A stretch of DNA of 64,000 bases. Origin: Octopus sinensis (Eukaryota). The stretch lies in the NCBI RefSeq assembly GCF_006345805.1, contig NC_043002.1:100068001-100132000 (forward strand). The letters run 5' to 3'. The notes beneath the pieces are model-generated. The model saw nothing but the letters and a program-made list of their open reading frames with translations. It made no database searches and had not been told where the DNA came from. The translations under genes and the position numbers were made by a program. This document shows positions 13,346 to 23,747 of this stretch, piece by piece (position 1 is the first letter of the stretch; each line of letters starts with the position of its first letter).

Positions 13346-13875
13346 AGGGGGGTAATTATGGAAAACGAGAATGGTATATACCAATAAGATAACAGCATAG
13401 TGAAAGGGAGTAAAATCATGAGATGGAAAGAGAGGAAAAAGAAGCGTAAATGTTCATAGTTTAACTTTCTGAAGTTAGAGAAACTAGAGCATGAGTCCTT
13501 AGGTTCCATCCTGCGTATATCCATGTGAGCTAAAGTCCTTATATAGTAGACATCTCAAGAAAAAGATGCGAAAATATCAACGTTCAATAACAGAATGGTA
13601 GCGAAGGTGGTTGTCAATTGGTAAAAGTAAAGAAATAGAAAGAAAGGTAGATAGAGCGAGGCGGGGGGGGGTATTTTCGGATTGGTTATAGGATAAAGTA
13701 AAGAGTATATGTGTAGGGTGTCTAAGAATTGTGTACTGGGTAGCCGAGAAGATAAGAGAGATGATGAGGAGGTAGAGGAAGATAAAGTAAACAAATAGAG
13801 CGAAATGAAAGGAATTTAAAAAGGGTAGTAGATGTCTGGTAGTCTCAAAGTCTAAAGTTGTTGGGGTGGAAGTTT

Positions 13876-14137
13876 GGTGGTGAGCTGGCAGAAACGTTAG
13901 CACGCCGAGCGAAACGCTTAGCGGTATTCCGTCTGCGTTACCTTGTGAGTTCAAATTCCGCCGAGGTCGACTTTGCCTTTCATCCTTACGGGGTCGATAA
14001 ATTAAGTACCAGTTACACAGTGGGGTCGATAAATTAAGTACCAGTTACACAGTGGGGTCGATGTAATCGACTTAATACCTATGTCTGTCCTTCTTTGTCC
14101 TTTCTATGTTTAGCTCCTTGTGGGTAATAAAGAAATA
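13876..14137 (+). mobile_element. SINE B inserted in the PLE 3' UTR, with an internal 32-bp tandem duplication
   Basis: Complete head-core-tail; GGGGTCGATAAATTAAGTACCAGTTACACAGT repeated at 13990 and 14022. Confidence 0.9.
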
Positions 14138-15028
14138 GGTAATTGCTTGTGTCCGTACTGGCTAAGGTTTGTGACTGTAGAGTTATATTTTAGCAATGGG
14201 GTTGTGTGTGCGTAGGTAGTCGAGAGAGGAAGAGATCGTTGAATGTTAAGTTATTTATGAGTGGGAGTTAGAGTTGGAGGTTTATAATAGGGGATTTATT
14301 GGGTTAAGATTTAAAACAGATTAAGGATAAGTTAAAGAATTAATATTTATCTCATACTCTGCTGAGGTACGGTAGATAGATATACGGTAAGACATAAGGT
14401 AGAAATAAGTGTTATAGAGATATAGAAGGAGTATGCGTTTATGATCATGGGTGTTTGTATATGGGTGCTATTCGTGGTGGGGGTGAGCTTTTAGATTTAT
14501 GAAGGAATTTAGAAGTGTAGAAGAATTTTTGCTCACACGTAGGGAAGGCCTTGTTGTTTTTATTAAGCAATTCTTGTGAGTTGTGGATTAGAATTTTGAG
14601 TCGACAATTAGAGTGTTGGCCCTGATATGGGGTACCCGAGTGGATTATAGTCCAGGAAAGTTTATACTGCATTTTTCTATCAATTAGATGGTGTATGTGG
14701 TTGGCTAATGATGTGGAATTGCTATTCTCCTTATATTTAAACGAGTTTGAATGTGCGTAACACATTTGTTAAAAATTGGTGCTAGAACCAATGTAAAAGC
14801 TATAGGAGTTATTTACGATGTTGTGAACAGTACCGTTGTGGTTATCAGTTCTACAGTGTTTAATTGATGAGAGAGAAGTAAGATAGTGCTGGTAGTGGCG
14901 AGGGTGGTATTAGGTGAATTGATCGTTATATTACTGCTATTATTGCTGTCGTTTCTAGTATTGATATCAACGCAAGCGTTACTATTATTATTATTATTAT
15001 CATTATTATTATTATTATTATTATTATT

Positions 15029-15110
15029 GAGTGAAAGAGCAGTGCTTGCCATCAAAGTGACACTGGGGTAAAATATACGAAGCCCAGTATACCCATCATG
15101 ACTACCCATC
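15029..15110 (-). mobile_element. 3' tip of retroelement family E embedded in (TAA)n
   Basis: Reverse complement matches 47744-47812 (CATGATGGGTATAC.GGGCTTCGTATATTTTACCC.AGTGTC.CTTTGATGGCA.GCACT.CTCT); (ATT)n on both sides. Confidence 0.8.
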
Positions 15111-15112
15111 TA

Positions 15113-15154
<42 letters not shown>

Positions 15155-15197
15155 GATTATGATTATTATTATTATTGTCATTATCTCTATCGGCGTC

Positions 15198-15400
15198 GCC
15201 GATAATAATAATGATGATAGAACCGATAACCGCAATTGCAGAAACGGGACAGATTGCCCGCGGCAAGCCCAATGCAGAAGATGCAAAGTCGCATACCGAT
15301 CCAGTGTTCACAATATCGTAAATAACTCCTGTAGTTATTACATTGGTTCTAGCAAGAAATACACTTCGGTATCAATTCATTCACCTTCTCTATGAATATA
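15198..15400 (+). pseudogene. Inverted second copy of the PLE Cys-rich linker and GIY-YIG N-terminus
   Basis: NCRNGTDCPRQAQC..VAYRSSVHNIVNNSCSYYIGSS; 15304-15354 is ~90% identical to rc of 14780-14830; hairpin TATCGGCG-T-CGCCGATA at the inversion centre (~15197). Confidence 0.7.
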
Positions 15401-15537
15401 ATTAAGACTCAAAACACTAATTACATTACACCATGCACATTCTTTCATTGAATGCCACCGTGACATTCAAAAAGGAACCCATTGATATATATTTGTGTGT
15501 GTGTGTGTGTGTGGTGTACATATATATACATATATAT

Positions 15538-15597
<60 letters not shown>

Positions 15598-15599
<2 letters not shown>

Positions 15600-15744
15600 G
15601 GAGTAAACTCGTAAATGTGAAACAAGGTGGAAAAAAAGAGTACTCAAATACCAATGGTAGAGTAATATGCTTTATTTAAAGCAGCAGAAAATTCTACAAA
15701 ACCTGTTACAGGTTTTGTAGAATTTTCTGCTGCTTTAAATAAAG
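15598..15744. repeat. Asymmetric fold-back: perfect 37-bp inverted arms, 1-nt loop, 72-nt extension on the left arm only, inside a (TA)n array
   Basis: 15670-15706 is the exact reverse complement of 15708-15744; TA arrays on both sides. Confidence 0.92.
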
Positions 15745-15748
15745 TATG

Positions 15749-15843
<95 letters not shown>

Positions 15844-16689
15844 CAGCTTTAAACTAGATAATCGCTTACTTCACAAAATAATCGCTTAGTTCATTGGTAT
15901 TTTCTTATGGCCATATTTGTACTCGATTAACGCTTCGTTCTAAAACACGTATTGAGTTCTAGCCACTGGTCAGTTATCGTGTACATTTATGTAACGTTTC
16001 AAGTACCTAGTCGATAGCTACACCTTGCCGCATTCATAAGTATGCTGCTATACTATGTGTAGCATAACCCAAGTCAACTTTCTATATACGAATCTATACG
16101 TGGCGTTCCAGTTCCGCTCTACTGTAGCAGTATTTCCCATGTTCATCGCATAACAGCTCTCCCTGGTCGTCTTTCATTTCCTAAAAATATTTTGTTCACA
16201 CCATTCCTAGAAAACATTCTTCAATTTCTTGTGGTTTCTCTTAGTTACTTCGAAGATCTCGCTTGTGTTATTTACTGCTCTTCTCCATCTTTCCGGTTAA
16301 CTGCAATTTCTTCCCTTTCGTTTTCCGAGATATTTTAGCCTTCATTAACGATATTTTACGCAGTACTTGAACCTCAGGTAAGATTTATGAAGTGGACGCT
16401 TTGCATTTCTTAGGTCGCAGTAGAGTAGTTGCTTTGGAGTCCATTCTCTCTAAGTAACTTCTATATCGGAATCGGTATTGAAATAATAAATCAGTACTTC
16501 AACAGTGACTTCCGTCACTCGCGTACATTTTCCAACGGAGGCCTAAGAGACGCTGCGGACACTGCTGATTGAAGCACTCTAGCTGTTTCAAATACATTCG
16601 CTAGGGTACGTACGTCTCACAAGCGTACAAGAGAGAGATTGACACTCATGTTATATAAATCTTCACTTTAGTGTCAGTAGAAATATAAT

Positions 16690-17185
16690 GTTGAAACCAC
16701 CAACTTTCTGAAAGCATCACTGGCTTTGCTGACTCTTAGCAAGATTCCTTTATCAAAGATGCATGGCATACTAAGGGTACTGTCAAGATACACCAGCCTG
16801 ACTGTATGATAGGATATCTTGCTCCAAGTATGGCACTCCTAGCGTAGACTGATATAAGGCAACGGTAGTTATAAAACATTATCGTCAAGCCTAGCTTAGA
16901 TAAAATCACTCGAGAAGGAGTCCATAATATGTTGCATTTCTTCTTGAGTTAGACCAAAGAGATCGCAGTCATCTGCATAGAGAAATTCACTAAGCAATGA
17001 GGACATGACTTTTGAATCCGAACTGAGGCGCTTAATGATGAAAAAAACCTCAGATGTACGAAACATAACATATATTCCATATGGGCACTCACTTAAAAGC
17101 CTAAACAAACATCATTGTAAAATACGGTGAATACAGTGTTGGCGCCGGAATATCTCCTCAGGCTTTCATGTTGCAATGGAATTGA
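16690..17185 (-). pseudogene. RTE-clade LINE reverse-transcriptase fragment
   Basis: Minus translation GDIPAPTLYSPYF..GIYVMFRT..LLSEFLYADDCDL..EEMQHIMDSFS, then YLDSTLS..RVSKASDAFRKL. Confidence 0.8.
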
Positions 17186-19189
17186 TCAAGAACTGTCGCA
17201 TACTTATTTGGACATGTATTTCAAAAGATGATAATATGATATTCTTTGTCCATAATATATTTACAATTGTATTAAACTTTTAAACTACATATATATTATA
17301 AATATATATGTTACTGTAAGCGATTATAAATTTGATTTCATTCTTTTATCCACACACTAGCTACGGTACTCGCGTAGACTGACACACATATTTATTCGCC
17401 CACATATACATATCCACACGTGTATTTCATATATCGTGATAAAAGAGAATAGCGTGCAATTCCTCACAAATTAAATTATCTTTGATGTTTCGTGGGTCAA
17501 GTTACTAGTTTGATTTTCCTGTTCATACAGATGCAAATGGAATTTGTATTTCAATATGTAATATAACACAGTATGTTTGAGAGGATTTAAACATGCATGT
17601 GAGTATTTTGCTATCACACATACTGTGATTTCAATTTTGCCTTAAGTTTAAATCTGTCTTATTTAGGAAACATATATTCAGACAAAAGACGAATAGCAGT
17701 GTAAACTGATATAATTTTACTCTATTGTAATCACAGAATGGAAAATATATTTTCCAATTTTTGATACGCTAATTTGTTATGACATGTACTATCCCTAAGA
17801 TAATAATATGGTTAATGGTGAAAGAAATTCAATTTTACTAACAATAAATGTGAAATGAAAAGCGGAGCAAAGTTTTCAAGAAAATGGACAAGGATAATCT
17901 CCCCCACTCTCGCTCTCTTTTTCTCTGTCTCTGTATCTCTCCCTTTAGATGTGTGTGTGTGTGTGTTGCTTTTTATTGTGTGGTTTTGCACGTGGATATA
18001 AAGACACGCAAATCATGAATTAAGGTGTGTTTTGAAATAAGCTCATAGAGATGTGACTTGACTTTAAAAGATTGCATATAAAGTGTACGTGGATGTAAGA
18101 TATTATGATACATCGAACTGATAATTTCAAGTACAATATTCAAGAAAGTAAAGTATTTTGCCCAATGTAGATTGATCTCTTCTGCTTTGCTCATGTGATA
18201 TGTCTAAGAGCTGCAGGCTAAAAATGCAGCTCACAGTTGCAACAACGTGGGAATTATGTACCACAGCGCACTGTTGTAAATCTATAACAATTGTCGTGAT
18301 AGCGAGGTTCTCTCTCTGTTACCAGCTATAAGGTATCCTGGTTTATAAAACATCTTACAATTCCCTGATTAGTTAAGAAGAATTAATACACTAAACATGA
18401 TCTTCTTTATAAAAGGCGAAACTTCTTTCTCTTACAACTCACCATGCTAAATCAAGAAATATGTTTTGCTTATCTATTCTATAAACGATACCGGTTAAAT
18501 ACTTGAAGTACAATATCTACTGTCAACTCATGTTAGACGTTATGATATAGCTTAGCTTCAAAAACCTTGCAGACGTATTCACAATCCAGTGATGGTGATC
18601 CGAATAAAAAGTAAAGAAATAAGTTACCTGTTATGAATAAAACACTGCCATTTATTTAGTCTACTGCCTTCGGCTTGATATCACAGTTAACACGAGGATT
18701 AATGGTACACTTAAATGCACGGCAAAATATTTCATATCATGTATCATTCTCACACTGAGAAATTTGAAATCTAAACCCCATGAGCCTCTTACCTACATAT
18801 ATACATACAAACACACACATATACACACGCATACGTACACACACACACACATATATATACATACATATGTACATATATACATACATACAATATGCTTTAT
18901 ATATTTTCATTTGTCACTCAGTCTTCACTACAATAAATAATAAACAGACTGGCTATAAACTTCGTAATGGGCAGATTGATAACAATGACAAAGCAGAGTG
19001 TTTGCTAACAAATCGAATCGAACAAATACAAAGTAAATCCGATAGATGTTATTGTATTATCCCCATGGTAAATCACATCTGTGATTTTTCTTATAGTTCC
19101 ATTTACTTTAGATAAATACATCAATAAATAAATAAATAAATAAAGTAATCCTTTTTTTCCCGTTCCTAAGACTGCGCACTAAATAAATG

Positions 19190-19195
19190 TGTGCT

Positions 19196-19256
<61 letters not shown>

Positions 19257-19439
19257 ATGTGTGTGTGTATATATGTGTGTGTGTGTATATATATATGTGT
19301 GTGTGTGTATATATATATGGGTGTGTGTGTGTATATATATGTGTGTGTGTATATATATATATATATATGTGTGTGTGTATATATATATATGTGTGTGTGT
19401 GTATATATATGGGTGTGTGTGTGTATATATATGTGTGTG

Positions 19440-19502
<63 letters not shown>

Positions 19503-19525
19503 ATATATATATATGTGTGTGTGTG

Positions 19526-19556
<31 letters not shown>

Positions 19557-19685
19557 GTATATGTGTGTGTGTGTGTGTATTATACACACTCAAACAGACA
19601 CAAACATAAAACACACACACGCACATATATAAATTTATATATATATATATATATATAATATATATATATAATATATATATATATT
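19190..19685 (+). repeat. Compound (TA)n/(TG)n array with ~92-bp higher-order periodicity
   Basis: Alternating TA and TG blocks; the GGGTGTG variant recurs at ~19319 and ~19411. Confidence 0.92.
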
Positions 19686-20039
19686 TAGGAGATTTGGCAT
19701 TGTAGAGTTTTAGTTCATAATGAAGCAACGGGAGGAGATGAAGGTCCGTATATCTTGAGATGTTTGATTGGATGTCAACGCATAGATAATGACTTAACCG
19801 CAAACTCGGCTCTACACAGTCCTAGGAGGGAAGCAGATTACAATCCCAATTGACGGAGCTGTACTTGTTTGTAATTCAATGGCTCAGTCTTGACAGCGTC
19901 GCACTCGTTGTCTGTTTTATGCTTATGGGGAACTCCGACTTCACACGCTTATTGAATAGGTAGATTGTTCAACTCAGAGAACAACTGAATGTGAGCATGT
20001 CGAAATGAAAATGAGTCTATCATATATGAGTATGCGTGT

Positions 20040-20170
20040 GTATGTGTATGAGTATGTATATATGTATGTATTATGTATGTATGTATGTATGTATGTATGT
20101 ATGTATTATGTATTATGTATGTATATATGTATATATATATATACATATATATATACACACACACATACAC

Positions 20171-20216
<46 letters not shown>
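20040..20216 (+). repeat. (TATG)n/(TA)n/(CA)n compound microsatellite
   Basis: Direct reading. Confidence 0.93.
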
Positions 20217-20221
<5 letters not shown>

Positions 20222-20589
20222 AACGCATATAATTCATGTTTTATAATAAATTACGTGATTATTACTTCTCTTAATGGACTTTTCATGAGCACAGACACTT
20301 GCAAGTACATGCACGCTTGTGTATTCAATAATGTTTGCATGGCAATAATTAATGAGGGAAGCGCTTGTATATAAATATGTATGTATGTATGTATTTATGT
20401 ATGTATGTATACATTCATGCATAATGGTAAGACGAGAGAACAAAATATTGACACTTTTTGTGGGTGTTCTCTTGATTGACTAATTGCAAGGCAACAGAGA
20501 AAAAGAAAATACGGCGGGAGGAATTAACCAAAAAAAGATGGGCATGCGGAGTGAATAACGGGTTGTACACCCCAGAACAGCAGGTTCAG

Positions 20590-21100
20590 CAGCACTTCAC
20601 CAGTATGACCGCGATGGCCTTGCCGCGGAAAATGGACAAAGACAATTACTACAACATCCACAACGTCTCACGGGGCATATCTCTCAGACGAGACGTAGTT
20701 ATCCCGGCAATGAGGGATCCCAGAAAGCCCGAGGCAACACAAAATGATAGCAGCCGATCAGGCCCCTGTATTTCTTTACTTTTCTCTCCCCTGGGAGATA
20801 GCTGGGTTTGTGGGGACTGCTGCAAGGTTGGAGCAGAAGAAAGTGTCCCAGTTTAGGGATCTGCATCCCCTGCATGGGAAGTGGGTTATTCCGTCGAGGC
20901 GCGTACCATCTCTGCGGTCAAGACCCACCGGCTCCAGATGGGAGGGGAAGCCAGCCGCATTGAGGCTTCTTCTAATTTTGTCGAACAGAGCGTCACGATG
21001 GAGAGACTGGTCCGCGCTATGGCTGAAGGATAATGGATGCAAGCTGAATTCATCGACTACACACCACGACAGCATTTGTTCGGCTCTCACACGCGGAGGC
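20590..21100 (-). pseudogene. C-terminal zinc-knuckle relic and restriction-like endonuclease (RLE) of a CRE-like non-LTR retrotransposon
   Basis: Minus translation LHPLS..SA...HRDAL.DKIRRSLNAAGFPSHLEPVGLDRRDGTRLDGIT.FP..G.SLNWD..., then ERKVKKYRGL..YHF and LSLSIFRGKAIAV, matching the EPxGLxRxDGxRPDG...RKxxKY...SxAIxRGNA pattern of RLE LINEs; frameshifted. Confidence 0.72.
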
Positions 21101-21365
21101 CATGATCGAGAACACTCCCATATGTGACTAAAAATTTCCACTTGTAAACTGACCCCTTAAAGTGACTAATTCTCCATAGAATGTGATTTCAAGATAAATT
21201 ATAAATATATACAATCATAAACAGTATGATAGGTCTTGTATATATATGAAACCACTCGATTTTAAAATAATAATTTGCAGTTCTCTCTGTAGAAATCTGT
21301 ACTGACTAAAAACTTTCAACGATGTAATTTCCACAGGTGCATTTTCCCTAACATACAATGCTGAC

Positions 21366-21980
21366 GGCGGCGAGTTGGTAGAATCGTCAGCACGCCGGGC
21401 GAAGTGCTTAGAGGTATTTCGTCTGCCGTTACGTTCTGAGTTCAAATTCTGCCCAGGTCGACTTTGCCTTTCATCCTTTCGGAGTCGATTAAATAAGTAC
21501 CAGTTGCACACTGGGGTCGATATAATCGACTTAATCCGTTTGTCTGTCCTTGTTTATCCCTTCTGTGTTTAGCCCCTTGTGAGTAGTAAAGAAATATGTA
21601 TTTCGTCTGCCGTTACGTTCTGAGTTCAAATTCCGCCGAGGTCGACTTTGCCTCTCATCCTTTCGGGGTCGATTAAATAAGTACCAGTTGTGCACTGCGG
21701 TCGATGTAATCGACTTAATCCTTTTGTCTGTCCTTGTTTATTTCCTCTGTGTTTAGCCCCTTGTGGGCAATAAAGAAATAAGAAACGTTAGCACGCCGGG
21801 CAAAATCCTTAGCAGTATTTCGTCTATCTTTGTGCTCTGAGTCCAAATTCCACCGAGGTCGATTTTACCTTTCATCCTTTCGGGGTCGATAAATTAAATA
21901 ACAGTTGCGTATTGGAGTCAATCTAATCGATTAGCCCCCTCCCCACAAAATTTAGGCCTTGTGCCTAGAGTAGAAAAAGA
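21366..21980 (+). mobile_element. SINE B trimer
   Basis: Head-core-tail1, then a partial head (GTATTTCGTCTGCC)-core-tail1, then a partial head (AGAAACGTTAGCACG)-core-tail2. Confidence 0.9.
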
Positions 21981-22104
21981 TATGCACAATAACCGCTCAC
22001 ACCCACGCATACTCAATTACTGCACTCATAGAAATTCTTAAAGTGGACTGCTGTGAATGGACCTATTTGGTCGCTAACAATTGTAGCGGGACTCAAATGT
22101 CATG

Positions 22105-22195
22105 TAGAAGACACTTGCCCAAGCTGCCACGCAGTGGGACTGAACCCGGAACCGTGTGGCTCGTAAACAAGCTGCTTACCACACAGCCACTCCTG
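22105..22195 (-). mobile_element. 5' fragment of SINE family C
   Basis: TAGAAGACACTTGCCCAAG...GAACCCGGAACC...ACCACACAGCCACTCCTG on +. Confidence 0.85.
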
Positions 22196-23503
22196 AACCT
22201 ATTTCTGTTATTCAGTCATTTTTCTCATCGTCAACACTATTATAATTACCACCATCTATTCAACACCTTCTCTATCATGATTCACATGAAAATTTCGCAG
22301 ACGTTAAGCCTGTGAAGGAGGTCTTTCATGTTTGATTATATTCTTCTCATATGACTAAGTCGTTATGTAATATTTTGAGTGAGAACATACACTGAAAAAG
22401 AGAGACTGGGTAGATACTATTCCCACTGGAAAATTAGAGTTTCTATAGTAGTATTCATTGGAGCACATGATCTGAACCAAAAGTGATTCGTCTGTCGCGG
22501 CTACATCTCAGGGTCAAAATATATAAATAAAGTACCTATTGTAATCCTTTTGGTTAGTTAATCTTAAACGATTTCCATGCAGTTTGCTTCTGACTATAGA
22601 ATATGTAATATTTATTTGACGAATTATATACTTAAGTAAGTCTGGAACTTTTCATACACTTCACAGATATAATTAAGATATATTCCAGTTTTAAGTATTT
22701 CACTTAATTTACAACCTCCAGCATTCGCTCCCTTATAGCTTGCCTTACATCAGCATCTTGTACTTTGAGAAGATGAAAACACTTATATGTTTTTTTTTCT
22801 GTCGCCGGCTTAGTCAGCCATGTTCCATCTACGACTAGTTCCTTTTGTTTTGATGCTTGAATAGTGTTTTTCTGACCAGATCCTTTAATTTTTCCTTTGT
22901 GTTTTTTCTTTATGACAATCGGATGTGATATGAAGCTAATTTAGTTCCTATGTTTAAAGCCTTCAGGATTTTGACAATAACTATTTTATTTTTCACTCAA
23001 CCACGACAATACTGAATGAATAGTAAGATTTTACTTCCAGCTAGCTGAGTATAACAAGAAATTTAATGACTTACAGAACAATTCAATTTAGTCATATTTC
23101 TTATAATTAATCAAATAAACGTAAGTCTTTATACACTATTTCATTAAATGTAGTCAATATATTTATTTGCTTAAATACAAAATTATGTTACTTCATATTA
23201 AGTTTTTGTCGGATAGAGTTCAAATTTAATTATAATCATGAAAATATTAATGCTCTAACTAAATTTCTAGATGTTTTTGGTAATTACATAATATAAACGA
23301 GAAAAGAAGCCACGCATATTTTATAGCTATTTGATGCTATTTCAGAGAAATTACATGCATTAACTTTGTGGAAACTCAAATTTCTAATCCTAGACGACAA
23401 AGTGAAAATTCATCAATCAGATGATATCTACTTCAAAAGTAATATCGGGGACATTTTCTTTCGTTTACGCGACAATCATGCACGTATGTTTATGAATTTG
23501 TAT

Positions 23504-23506
<3 letters not shown>

Positions 23507-23571
<65 letters not shown>
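23507..23571 (+). repeat. (GA)n microsatellite
   Basis: Direct reading. Confidence 0.97.
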
Positions 23572-23577
<6 letters not shown>

Positions 23578-23674
23578 AATTAGTAATATGAAGACGATAA
23601 AGCGTTTGAACGCGTTACTGGCGCACTTATTTCAACTAATGGGCAAGTAGTAAATTATAACTGAGTGTATATAT

Positions 23675-23705
<31 letters not shown>

Positions 23706-23747
23706 GACTTTGTGTATATATGTGTATGTATGTGTATGCATGTGTTA

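Larger units (their letters stand above)
13209..15196 (-). mobile_element. Decayed Penelope-like element 3' portion (GIY-YIG endonuclease C-terminus, long 3' UTR, hammerhead motif); Neptune-like by inference
   Basis: Minus translation 14798-14445: FYIGSSTNF*..HSNSFKYKENSNSTSLANHIHHL..YKLSWTII..C..LLNK resembles PLE GIY-YIG C-termini; Asn-rich linker upstream; HHR motif at 13288-13345; 3' end abuts (TA)n. Confidence 0.7.

Noticed and set aside
15960-16460. Possible LINE linker-region relic (EMKDDQGELLCDE) on the minus strand
   Set aside because: One short motif amid many stops; too weak to call.
19108-19803. Long ORFs (up to ~236 aa) in TA/TG/CA arrays, also at 50.0-50.4, 52.1-52.6, 53.6-54.3 and 63.7-64.0 kb
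   Set aside because: These are translations of microsatellites (YI/CV/TH repeats) that lack stop codons by composition; not genes.
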